DNA of 64,000 nt from Zygnema circumcarinatum SAG 698-1b. Lineage: Eukaryota; Plantae; Zygnematophyceae. The position numbers and the translations under genes were made by a program. Location of the stretch: contig CM074814.1 of assembly GCA_037447605.1 (NCBI GenBank), positions 1,922,001 through 1,986,000 of the forward strand. Direction: 5' to 3'. The first letter of the stretch is position 1. Each line of letters starts with the position of its first letter. The notes under the pieces are model-generated. The model was given only the letters and a program-made list of their open reading frames with translations, was not told the origin of the DNA and did not search any database. Positions 25,079 through 38,100 of this stretch are shown here, one piece after another.

Positions 25079-26727
25079 CTTGCATAGATGCTATCTTGCA
25101 TTTGCTTTATGCCAGTTATTCTGCATTCACAATATGCGATTAGGATCAGCGATTCAGGCTAAAAAGACAAAAACAAATGGGGGAGTGAGGAAGGTGGAGT
25201 GGGTTAAAAGGAAGTGAAAGAATGTATGCTGAACTACTACTCTCTCTCACGAATAAAAATAAGTTGCTAAAAGTACCCCTGCAATTTATAGCATTTTTCT
25301 GGCTTTATTATCGGATCTCAGTTGTTGAAAGTTAAGTTTCTGAGAGAAGAAGATTTGAGGATCAAAATCCCCGACAATGAACGCTTTAAATGAAGAGAAA
25401 TGAGTTCTCTTCGCAAGTAGACAAATTCACATAACGGCAAACATTTATGTAACGAAGAAAGAGAAATGCAGGTAAGGAGGCCAGCCCTTCCCAGTCCCAT
25501 ATTTCTTCCCCCTTTTCCTTCCTCTTTTCTCCTACTCTTCTCACCCTACTCTCCCTCGTACCGCTTCTTTTCCCTTCTTCTCCACTTTTCCGCATCGTTT
25601 ATCTTCCATTCGCATGTGCCCGCCTTTTCGAATCCCTCTCCTCTTCCCCTTACCGCATCTCACTCGTCCCTCCGCCTCGCCTATGTTCTCTCCTTTCCAC
25701 CTCTCACCCTTAAGCGAGCTCTCACCTCCTCCTTGCAGCAGCCTGCTCGCAAATCTCCGCGCAGTGCTCCTCCAAGCTCCTCCACCCCTCGTCCCGCTCT
25801 TCCTCTTCCATTGCCCCCCTCCAGCCCCAGCGCTTCGGATGGCAGCTTCTCAACGGTCACCCGGGTCGTTGCGTGTCTCTATGGGCTCTAGTCACAGTTC
25901 CCGTAGCATGAAACATAGAACTGCCATACAGTATACAGTTCAGTGTCACGGTTGAGAAAGCAACGGAACACGGAACATGCCTCCCGTGTGAATGCGAACC
26001 ATACATACATATATACATAGCACATGGATTGGAAGGGCGTATGTATGCCCCATACATGAAGGCATTACCTACCATCTTGAGAGCAAATGAATCATCTGCA
26101 TGCCTAAAGTGCCGCTTGTGGACACCACAAAAACAACATCGATGTGTCATCACAATAGTACCGACATGCATGCATCCGAAAATTGTCTAGGCAAACTCGC
26201 CGCTGCCCCCCCACACCTTGCCGATCTGCGGTCTACCTTCCATAGTTCCATTGGAACTAATGTCGTCCCCAACCATAGAAGATGCTCGGACATTGACGTC
26301 AGGATGGCGAGGCCATCGAGTTCCCAACAAACAAACGAGTTCCTCCACAAGGAAGGTACGAACAATGTGTTGTGGAGTTTGCCATGTTTGTTGCTGCCCC
26401 AACGTCGCGTATCAATTCCAGTACCCGCATTGGAAGCGGAGGCGTTGCTTCCAAATTTCCTCCCTCGGCCTGCTGCCCTCTGCCTGAACAGGGAGCGACT
26501 CGTCATTGATGGCGCGGCGGGTAGAGGGGCGTCATCAAAGGGCTCGAGAAGTAGGAGGGCGGGTGGCGTTGTTCCGCCTGTAAAGCGACGACGGGCAGTG
26601 GGGGAGGAAGAGAGAGAGAGAGAGAGGGGGGGAGAGTGCAGGGCTGACAGTTGGTGGCAGAGGTGCTACAGACCAAGAGAAGGAGCTCAGTGCTCAGTGC
26701 GCCAGGCAGCTGAGCTGAGCGGCAGTC

Positions 26728-29700
26728 ATGAGAATTAGGCCGCGAGTGAGGAAGGCAGCGACTAGCAGGAAGCCGACGACTGTCTCTAGTCCGGGCTTGG
26801 CTCGGCTGCTCATTGTGTTTGGAGCTGCAGGCTTCTTGCTATGGGCGTTGGTCTCTCGATCAGAGTACATATTGGGAAAGAGTCCGTCGGGGAGCTCCAA
26901 TCCAGGATCATCTGAAAAGGGCGAGAATGGCGATGTTGAAGAACATAGCAGTATGCCTGAGCTCGCGAATGATACTACTCGTTCTGCTACGGAGCAGACG
27001 ACTCAGTCATTTTCAGAGGGAAGCGTACCTTCGTTTGGACGACTTAAGCTAGGAGAGGATGGGAACTTTCAAGTGCGTGGCGCTAAACTGAAGACTCATG
27101 CATTGCGTGAGCGGATCATCAAAGAGAACCTGAAACACGTGTATCTTGACTATTACAGGTTTGGCTTCAAGGGCGATTCAGCGGCATCGAAACAGACCAA
27201 AGTTTGCAAAGGCTCCAGGTGTCCTGAGTTTGACTATTGCTATACTGGTTTTGAAAAGGTTGGAGTCTGTCTGAAACCAGAGATTGAAGACCCCGAACGT
27301 GTTCCGACTTCTTATCCTGCTAACTGCCCAAATCTCGAGACTACTTGTGTACAAGACCCCGACTTTTATCCCCATGAGAGATGGGCTTCGCAGGTATACC
27401 AGCTGGACGTTCTCTTTCACTCTCATCGCATGAGGTCACCTATTTCTTGAACAGGAAGGATCGAGCTGTGTTCAGCCCACTTTTTTCAGAGGTTAGGACT
27501 TCACCACATTTTGTATGGTTTCGTCTAGGACTCTTCTCCGTCAACATTATTGAATCACGAGGTATCTCTGTTTTGTTAGTCATTAGTAATTTCGCGTTGT
27601 GACGAGCAGAGTATCTGCTGCATATTACTCCTAATGCACACCCTTTTTCTCCAGTTTCTGCTGATTGCCTTGGACATTATAGCTGCTGAACTCATTTTTT
27701 CCCTGCTCTTGCCAATGTGCTTCCAGATCTTTGTGCTTCATGACGTTTACATTAACGTGGCTGGCCAAGTTTTTAATTCGACCCATTTTTTTGATAGCAA
27801 CGGTTGTACAAGTGAACAGACTTTTAGGCACTTGCCAGGGAAGGCACATGTGACAGAGTATGCTGAACTTGTCAGTCTAGTGGACTGGTTTGGCTGGAAC
27901 GCACGAAGCAACATGCTTGATCTCATTCCACTGCTCGTTTCGTTGGACACAATAATGCCTTTCCTCAAGAATATTCCGATTGCTTATGGACTCCGATATG
28001 GCCATCGAAGGACACAACTAGAACAGATGCAAGCTATTGGTGTTGAAGAAATCATAGGAGTGGAGCTGGACAAGTGGAACCCTCAAATTCTCCAGTCGCC
28101 AAACCTCTTCTATGCCAAGACTCTCTTTCTGGTAAACTTTCTTTCTCTTTTTAGGCGTATTGTTTTCACATCTGCCGACTCAGCAGGTCACTGTGCTTGT
28201 TTTCTCCTGCATCCTTGGTTGACCTCTATCATGCCAGCTGAGTCTTCGTAATAGTTCCGCCCAAATGGCACAATTGGTAGACGCAATGGACTTTTGCAAG
28301 TCCTATTGCTTTTAACCATCAAAATATCAATCCACTGCAGCCTGTTTAAACTTAAAGAAATGCTGGAATAGGAAAGGAGGAAGTCGGAGTCACAAATGTG
28401 TTGCTTATGCTGTTGCATTTATCGCTCTTCTTTTCTGAGGGATATAACGTATCGAGCTTGTAGTTCACAATTGTTACTGACTGAAAATCCGTATTTATTT
28501 GACAATGCTAATGGAGTCAAACCCATGTGGTCTTGCCTTCTCTTGTTCACTATGCGTCTGACCGCTTGCTTGTTGCTTTTAATCGAGTAGCAAACTTTTC
28601 TGGTAAGTTATTAATAAACATTCGCTTTTCCAGTTTTTCCAGAGCACCTTTGCCTTCTCCGCCTTCGCTGCCTTGACTTTGGCTCAGAAGCTCTTTAGGA
28701 GTCAGTGCAAGTCTCTCTCCTTCTCCTTGTCCAAATTTATTTATGGCAAAAATGGACTTTTTCAATATGTAGTAGCTTCAGATTTTTTAATAATATGTGT
28801 AGTATTAAGGTTTGAATGCACACTTTCTGAATGAATTGACGACGATTTATTCGCATAACGTATATCTCTTTAAGCGAGGCTTCGGGAAAAAGTCAGAGCT
28901 GTTTTACTTGGTTCATTGCTGTCCTCGGGTTTTCTTTTGCTACCCACTCCCAGGGCATGTGTTTTTCTTACCCTTGAATGTTTACATGTTTCACTGTGGC
29001 CACTGTCATTCTGATCAAGAAATCAGTTACGTGCATTTCTGTCCCAAGTCATTAACGACCACAACTTTGTCATCAATGTAGTATCCGCACAGAGAATATG
29101 CAGACTTGTGTAGTGCGCTGGACTTGCTTGTGATTGGTTTGACTTGCGTCTCTTCCCCTTTAGCTCTCCTTACCAGTGCTGTTTTGTCCATGCAGCCTCT
29201 CCATCAACGATGTGGTAGACCAAGCCGCACCCTTTGGAAGCATATTCGTACCAATCACTTTTTGGCGAAAGGTGGTCTTCCCCTTTACAAGCCAGGTTCG
29301 TATTTCACTCCAAACCATTTAGCTTCGAGTATCTACCTCGTGCTTCCAGACTCGAGAACCGGGAAACTGTGATGCCTGGCCCCATCTTCTGAAATTCCTC
29401 TAGGATGCCACATTCCATCACCCGAACGACTAGAGCCACGGAATCTTTCAAACCTCAAATTCAGATATATTGAAGTTCCCTCCCCCTTCTAAATTGACAA
29501 TGTATTTACTGAATTCGATTAATTCCCCATATAGGACGTGCTTGTCAAATTGATTTAGACAGACTGGTCCAAACATGCCCGAGTCACCGCCCTATAATGA
29601 GTCGGGAACATGCTCCAGTCGTCTTTTTTTATTTTGGACTCTATTGAGGTGATTAAACCAATAACGGCCACTCCCTTCAAGTATAAATCAGTCGTTAGAC

Positions 29701-31113
29701 GCTGTCGCTTTGACTGTTTTTCTCTGATGGTCAGTAGGTTCATGACAGTTGTGGCCTGTGTAGCTTCAAAAAAGAGAGGGTCAACAGCTCTGACGAGACA
29801 CTGCCGTTTCTTGGTTGCTCCTACCTTCGTGATGTTGAATATAGCATCCATGAATACTCGATTGGATCCAGCACAGGTGTTGCTGCTTAGAAGAGTCCTT
29901 TGCTATCTGAAATTTTGTATTATCGCATTACAAAAGCATCGGTTAGGAGGTGTTGGCCATCGTGTTGAAGGGACTCTCAGGGTTCTTGCTACAATCACCA
30001 AGAATTGAATGAGCGTCATGTCAAGCAGCCCTGAAAGCTTTATTGACACTGGAATTTTTATCAAGAAGGGGCTTAGGATAGTCTATAACTAGAATGTGCA
30101 ATGAATAACCAGAGTCAGGAAGAGGCAGAGGTCTTTCTCTCAAACAGTAGCAGGACAAAAGAACAAACTTATTATCGGCTTTAGAAAGGTAGATTCCGAG
30201 TTTCACCAACAAACTCTCTAGTTACCACTTCACTTCTGCCCTCCCCTCACCCCTTTTTGTTTCTCCCCATGAAGAGTCGTGCCGCTATCTGGCCCTTAGC
30301 CACTGCAGATACATAATTCTTGACTGTGATTCTTGATAACCCAGTAACAAAATGATTACCTTGAAACCTGAAGCCAGGCAATGATGCTGCTTTTGCGATT
30401 TCACTATTGAGAATTGAGGATTTTTTTTGTTTTGAAGAAAACCAGTTAGTTCTAATTTGATCCTCCAGTACTTGAGTTTCCAGAGAGGCTGATATCTACC
30501 ACTAGGTGAAAGTTGTACATTGCATGTTTTGGTTCTTTTCTTGAGAGGTTTGTCCTTATTGATGTGTCAAATAATTTGATTGGCATCCAGAGGCAAAACG
30601 TTCTAATTGTCACTCAATGCTGTGTGAGGTGCAGATTGGTCTCCTCGAACGGTGAACCCGGGCGGAAAACCTCTTACGAGTGCAGACGACTGGGTTGTGC
30701 TTTTGGGCATGAAGAAGGAGAAAGCCCCTCTGGTAGATGTTCTCAACCTTGAAAGTCACATGCAGGAGATGTTCCCTAAGGGGAAGGTGCAAATCTATTA
30801 CGAAGGGGCGATGCCTATGCCTCGGAGAAAGGAGCTTCTTAACCGTGCTCGACTGTTAGTGGCTGTGCACGAAAACGTGTTGGCAGACATGGTTTACATG
30901 CCCCCTGGGGGATCTATTCTGGAGATCCGGCCGAGAGACGACCAAGATCCGACCTTCCATCACCTGGCAGAGGTTTGCGGCCTGGAGTATCATCTTGTCT
31001 TCTGTGAAGGACATAGAGCTGACTTAAAGCACCCATCGACATTGAGAGTGAAGGACCCAAAGCCTCTCATCAAGGCGCTTCAGCATATTGCTAAGAAGAT
31101 TACAGGAAGTTAA
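26728..31113 (+). CDS. GT61-like (DUF563) type II membrane glycosyltransferase, 4 exons
   Basis: Exons 26728-27393, 27727-28131, 29196-29295 and 30635-31113. A basic N-tail and one hydrophobic helix (LARLLIVFGAAGFLLWALVS) precede a stem region. The C-terminal ARLLVAVHENVLADMVYMPPGGSILEIRP..FHHLAEVCGLEY follows the GT61 pattern. Confidence 0.72.
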
Positions 31114-32108
31114 CTCTATGCAGCCCTTAGCTTTGTAGAGGATTGAGTCTTCAAAAGGAGAGCAGCTGTTTCAGGGAGATGCCATTGTGTTTTAGGAAAG
31201 GAAAGGTTATCCACTGACTTCCCGCGCTTCATGTACTGAGAGAGCACGAGTGCCGACTACATTTGTTTCAAGCTGGCGAAGTGCTCAACGCTTGTTAGGT
31301 CCTTGTTATCATTCGGCGAGTTGTCCAGAAGCCACAATGTGAAGATTCGTACCTTTCCTTTTAGGCGGTAGCGTATGAATGTTGGTGTAGCTGGGAACTC
31401 AGGACTTAGGCGATTTAGGTTTGAACTTGCGGAAATGTAAAGTATTGTGACCATATGTCACCACGTAAGTGAACGAGGAAGTTCTGAAGATTAAACTGCA
31501 AATGCAGTTTGGCTTCCTTCCTATTGCAGAATGCTTAACCAGCCTTACACTCTTGAGGATATTTTTCTGACCACGTTCAAAAACCATTATTTCTTTCTTT
31601 AATCTTCTTCCTAAACATCTTTTTGCCTGTGACTTCATATTGTCGTTGGGAGATTGGAATGGAATCCAATGGAAACGAGAAAAGGTGCTTGGACAGTCTC
31701 CCTCATATGACTTCATTCGAAACATCTCCCAATGATGACTTGCAACATAAACAATTTTATAGAGGCCCCGAATTGCCCTCAGAAGATGCTCGACTATACG
31801 GTACCTCCCCATGGAAAAAGCCCAAACTGAAATGTACCAAACTCGAGCTGCTTGAAGTACCTAGAAATCGTCGACCCTTTCCAGCATGTCAGAAACCACG
31901 AGGACCGTATGGCGGGCCTAGAGTTTGGTGCTGCCCAAGTCTCGCTTTTGCCATTTTGGTCCGGAGCCGTTGACCGGCTTCCCGCAGAGCCCTTCGCACG
32001 TGCGGGCGGGCTGCAGGCCTGCAACCGCAGGTCGCCCTGTTGAAGGAGGGCCTGAGTGAGGGAGGGAGGGAGGGAGGGAGGGACGAAGGGAGGAGAGCTC
32101 CCGGAGCC

Positions 32109-35100
32109 ATGATGGCCTTCAACGCCGTGCTGGAGGCGGACCTGCGGGGCATCTCCGCCGAGTCAAGGAGGAAGTATCCCGCTGTCAAGGATGCTGCAGA
32201 GCACGCCATACTGAAGGTATTATTGCATCACGCCTTGAGAAGGATGGGACTCTCTCTGGTGTCCAAGGCAGGATAGACTCGGCTTGTTTTTGGAGGTTGA
32301 GGCATTGGCTAGTGCAAGAGGGACGTTTGACGGTGTGCTGAGGGATCTGACGACACTGCATTCCCCTAGCCCTCGTTGTTCGGAGCCTCACACATACAGT
32401 ATAGAACAGCTGGCTTTGATGTTCTTGCTTCCACGGAGAATCATTATCCGTGTTTACAATGGTTTTCTTCTCCCGTTAAGAGACATGTTCAAATGCCCTT
32501 TCATTCTATGGTCACTACAGGTAGTAGAATGCAAAAGTAACCGGAGTCGCCTGAAAATGTCGCATCCTGTCCGTATGCTTCGAATGTAGAACCAATCAAC
32601 TTATAACCTTATAACCGTATCACCTTATCACCTTTTAACAACAATGATTCGATCTAGTTGCATCAGTGCTAAGTGTATCAGTGCCATTCTACTATTGAAA
32701 TCCTCCCGAGGACTTCCGACGCCCTTGTGAAATTGACTCTTGGGTTGTGCTTCAACTTCTGATGCACGTATCGCATCAAGCAGGCATTGGAAAGGCGCAT
32801 TGATCGACGCACGCTACTTGGTCTCCAAATGAGTTTTTTAAATTTGCGGGTCGTCTCTAGAAGCGTTTGTGCATACTTGTTCAAAGCATGCAGGCAGACC
32901 TTCTATTTTTTTACCTTAGTTAAAGGCGTCTTGAGGAAGCATCGTATGAGTATGGGGCTCACTATGAGTATGAGTATGTAGGCTCGTAATAGTTTGACTC
33001 AGCATTCATCCATTTTTTTTTCTTTGTTTGGCGAATTAGTAAAGCATAGCTTCATCTTTGATCTTTTGTTTTTGAAGCCAAGTGACATACTCGAACACTC
33101 AGTAGGTCGTTTCAGTCGGTTTTCGCTCTTTTCCAGTTTTCGCTTTTATAGTGTCTATCTTGTCTAGTAAGTTCTTTTTTCTGAACCAGATGATGGATCC
33201 TCTCTAGCTCTGTTGTTATTGAGTAGTTACATCAACGTGACCATTGTGCAGCTGCCTGAGGTTAGTCAAGGTATCGTATTTCGTCTAGCAATTCAAGTAG
33301 CAGCTGTATGATTCTTCGTCCATTGACAGGGGACATAAACATTGGTTGGAGGGACCGCAGAAAAGCCCATTTTTTCTTCCTTGTTCGGATGTAATATGTT
33401 TTGCTGTACTTTGTTTTTGGCTGGCTACAGCTGCGCTCCCTTTCTGATCCGGAATCTATAGCCAAGAGCGAAGATGTGCTGAAAATATTCCTTCTGGCCT
33501 GTGAGACCAAGCAAGTCAAACTTAGTGCCTTGGGTCTCTCCTGCCTCCAAAAGCTCATAGCCCATGGAGCCGTCGACCCTTCCGCCTTGCCTCAAATTTT
33601 GGCTACATTAAGAGAGGTATGCGATCGTCCACTCATTCATGTCAAGAGGTACCCAACTTCCCGATGCCTCACATGCGTCATTGCCGACTCTTGAAAACTC
33701 TTTCTCGGCCGTCTCTCACACAATGGTTGAATGAAGTCTAGGGAAATCATATTACTGCACTTTATGTTTGACTAGTCTCGGAATGCTTATCGCCATTTCT
33801 CTGGAGGCGGGATCGTGCCATAGTTCGCCATGACCCGTTTTGCAATTTTGCAGCAAGTTTTTGCAATAGAAATTAGGAGATATGCTTTCAGCCCATATAG
33901 ATGATGGACCGATAGGGCACACACGAATTTACCAGGTCCTGGAAAACTGTTAAAATGGTAGGCATAGTGTTTGTCGAGGTTGCTGCAACATTTATTAGAT
34001 AAAAATGCAGCTGTGAAACTGCAAACAGACGATTTTTAGAAGCCAACGAACATAATAACTTGAAATTAAAGACAGTTTAATTTTCATTCTGAGATGTGTT
34101 GAAGCATAAGTAATGAAACTAATAAAGGCATAGACTGTGAATAGAGAGGGGCTATCCGCATTATTCTGATTTGTGTTGTCACTTTTAATTCACGTGATGT
34201 TGTTCGGCTGAGATTTTATTCCAGCTGTTACAGATTGCCTATGCCACAAAGAGGCCTGTTTTAGCAGGCAGCACCTGCCTTGATTTCTCCATTTTCTTGA
34301 TCGAGCACTGCTTTCTAGTGTCCTACAATTGCTTACCGTGGCAGGCTCAGGTTGTTGGTTGGTGCAGCATGCAGAGAGCTTTGACGAAGGTGTGCAGCTG
34401 AAGGTGCTTCAGGCAGTGCTTACGGTCTTCCAGTCTCGCTTGTTCCCGGAAGAGGAGGTACTTTCAAATGTGACCAAATGCAGCAGCAGCTTTGCATTCC
34501 CATAAACTAGATGGCCTCGCCCATCCATTCCCACTAGGTTGTATTGTCTTTCAAATTGGAAAAGGTGGGTCCTTTGGCATCGGTTAACGTCACTAGGCTC
34601 AATAAATCTTGCCTCTCACCTCGTCAACCCCTTTTTTATAAGTATCGTGAGCCTTCGGGTGAGATAGGGAGGGACGGCGCACAATTTTAAGGATCGTTGT
34701 CCGCCTGCCGATGTTTCGTCTACATTTGTGCACGTTATCTTTGAGTCACTGTGGAGTGTTATCCTTTATCTAATATTTTTGCGAGATATTTATGATTTTT
34801 ACCGGCAGTTGGCTGTTTGTCTTCAAGCAGCTGTTGGTAAACTTTTAGGCAGCGGATGCATGCCCTGTGTCCTCTTTGGGTACCTTGCACTCATTTCGCG
34901 AGTGACTGATTGTAATTGTGGAGCAGGAAGACATGGCGGTCGCTCTGGGCGTGTGCCTGCGCCTTCTTGGGGCTACGCGGAGCCCTGACAGTGTGCACAG
35001 GTACTGTACAGCAGCATTGAACACTGTAAGGTGTGGGGCTGTCTTAACATGCTGTGCATGCGGAACTTCAAAAGGCTGTTTTGCTGTTAACTGAAGAATA

Positions 35101-38100
35101 CACCTCTATGTCTCTTACAGGCAAATTGTGAGCTAGAATAAAATGTTGACAAAAAATGTCAAAGAGTGTTTTGTTGCATTGCCTCCTCAAGCATTCATGA
35201 GGGGCAAGGTAGTTGCAGATATTCTTGCCTTTGGAAGCTGGCTGTTCCTATGTTTTAAACTAAATGGCAGTCGAATCTAGTCTAAATTACAGATATGCAT
35301 TGCAGTTGTAGGATGACTAATCGACTTACTGGTCTACTTTCTTGTGGGTTGATGCTTGACAGCACTGCATCAGCCACTCTGAGGCAGGCTGTAGCGCTCA
35401 TTTTTGACCGAGTGCTGGAGGGTGAGAATCTGCCAGCTGTCTCCTCCCAGTGGCAGAACCGGCTGCGCAACTCATCAGGCACGGGGGACATGAGTCGCAT
35501 ACTCATCACTTCCAGGTGCACTACAGTTTTCTATTTCACAAACAACTTTCAAACAGCTCACACACATGCTTATTTTCACAGGGAGAGCAATTCGAGGCAT
35601 TAAATTATCTGATTCCATCCTCATTTGCAGGCATTAAGGCATACGCTGCGCAGAGCAGTGTGATATATCAGGGCAGATAGGCTGCTAGATGTGGTTTTGG
35701 TGTACCTCCATTTACTTCCATTCTTCCTTGCAAAATGTTCATTTCATTTGCCTGGAGTGTTGATTTCTTGACAATTATCCAGAGGACCCATTTTTAGTTG
35801 CAAACCGGTAAAAGCCATTCACACGTGGGCAGGGTGATAATTTGCCTCAATTGTAACTTCCAAGGCGTAGACCCAGCTTAGTACAGATACGTCAAGATGA
35901 AAGAATGATATGAACTCTTGGCTTCGGTTGTCTCTGGAAACAGTAATTGACATTTGACAAGACAGCTACTGATTGTTCGTTTTCAGGCCAGGAGGCAATG
36001 AATTGGAGCTCGAAGGGGTGAGGTCTCCTGCTGTGAAGGAGTCCGTCTCCTCTCTTTCCAAGGCTGGTCGGCTAGGATTGCGCCTGTTTGAGGACCTTCA
36101 TGCGCTTGCAGCAGGGCTTCCGGTAACCCTTGTCAACTCGAACCGTGTAGTAGATGGCTAGCCTTGAGTTGAAGAAGTGTTTGATATATCATCCTTGTTT
36201 GCTCAATGGGGAAGTTTGCCATTTATAAAGACTGTCCAAAGTTCTAGTGAAGGTGCACGTTTTAGAGAAGCTATGATTTATTGTTCAGATAGTGCAAAAT
36301 GTGAGTTATTTTATTAGAGAAATACCCGGCACTGCTTTTGAAGGCAGAATGAATATGATATTTCCCCACCCAATGTATGTTCTCCAGAAAAGCTTAGTGG
36401 TCGTCTGAACCTTTGAAGTGCCACAGTTTATTTTTACTGTTGAAAGGTGTTTGTGTTCTTTTTATGACCAGGGAGTTTTGTTGGGGTTGTCGAGCAGGCC
36501 TCTTGGTTGCACGTTCCGTCACTTCCCCGAGCATTCGCATTGGACATGCTGGAGTAAGTCCCGCATCTCTGAGCCATAAGGCTTTACTTACATCTTCATT
36601 CTTTGGTTCTACACTGGGTAATGCAGTCTGGAAGCATAGACCTAGTATTACTGCTGAACCTTCTCTCCTAAAACCAAACACTTCAACTTCTGCATACCAC
36701 TGGAATTTTCTCAAAAACTGAAAAGGAAAAGACAGTAGACAGGTTGAGCTTGTGTAATTGGACTCCCTGTGTGCCCTCAATTGTCATGTAGTCACTACTT
36801 GGCGAAAGTAAAACTTCAATCAAATTGCTCGTTGCATTCGCGCTAAGTCAAAACCAGATTCTACAGTTACTTGAATGTTTAAAATGGATACCTAATTTTC
36901 CCTTGTATAACTAAACTTTGCTTGAAGATCTGCCCTTTTCCTATGATTACGCAGTGCTTCTGCAGTCAAGTTTATGCTGATTCTCATTTTGTTGCGAATG
37001 CTCTTAAACTCATGCCTGACTGTATTCGTTAAAAACATCCAGCTGGTTTGGATGTGATGAACCTGGAAGAGATCCCTCTATATTCACCAGAAACCAGCCA
37101 GACCGTTAATAGATTCCATCATAAGCTAAGGAAAGGGTGATGGGAAGTAGCAGCATAGAGGTGGTAGGTTCCCTTAGAAGAGTTGTGACATATGGCCAGC
37201 TAACATTCTGGTATTATGTGAAATGCAGTTATGTGGTGTCCCACTATGTGATGATCTTCAAGAAGCTTGTACCCTTTCAGCAGGTTTTCTCTACTTTCAT
37301 CCTTAAACACTGCTTCGGATGTCTTTATTTTTTCTCATTTTCCACGTGTCAGCCACCAGGGTGATGAACGGCAGCCTCCGTATTCACGAGTTACAGTCCC
37401 TGCCGCTATCCTGTCGCTACCACAACTGGTCAATATTATAGTGTCTGAAAAAACTTGGAAAAGAGATAGTTATGCATGACATGCCTTCAGTGATGAAGCT
37501 TGAATCTTGGATGCTTACTGGAATGAAGGGGGTGTTGGGCAGGTTCTGCGAATTCGGGTCTGCTCTCTGCTCATGACCTCCTTGAGAGCAACAGGGGAGG
37601 TACGCTCATTTTGCCGCCTACGTTTACTATTTAAACTATGCTCCTATGCATGTTTGACCCGGAATTGAAATTTGATGAACTGAGAGGCTGCACATTTTCT
37701 CATATTGTGACTAAACTGTTGGTCTGCTGAATCGTGCACTCCATTCAGACTGCAGCCTGGCACATAGTGAGGTTAATGTCTGAAGTGGCTATTTGGGCTT
37801 CAGATGTATCTGTCTGAGATGTTGGCCGGTTGTCTGAGCGATGCAGATTGATGGGGAGGCAGGAGAGCCGGCCTACAGGCGACTAGTGTTGAGGGCTGTG
37901 GCGGCAGTCACCCGCCTCTACTCGAACAGCATGACAACAGAATGCGAGGTTGATTCCTTACCTGCTGCAGTGCTACACTTCACTGTTGGGACTAGCAGTT
38001 AACTTCACTTCACAGCTCGATCACTTTTTCACCATTTAGTCAAATACCAGATTGAAACTTGAAAAGTTGAGTTTGAAGTCACATGAAGCCGTTCTGTTTT

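Noticed and set aside
29555-30008. Overlapping ORFs inside a GT61-like intron
   Set aside because: No recognisable domain, no splice support and ordinary intronic composition.
37359-37447. Possible intronic C/D snoRNA (GTGATGA ... CTGA)
   Set aside because: There is no terminal stem and no recognisable rRNA antisense element. Such boxes are expected by chance.
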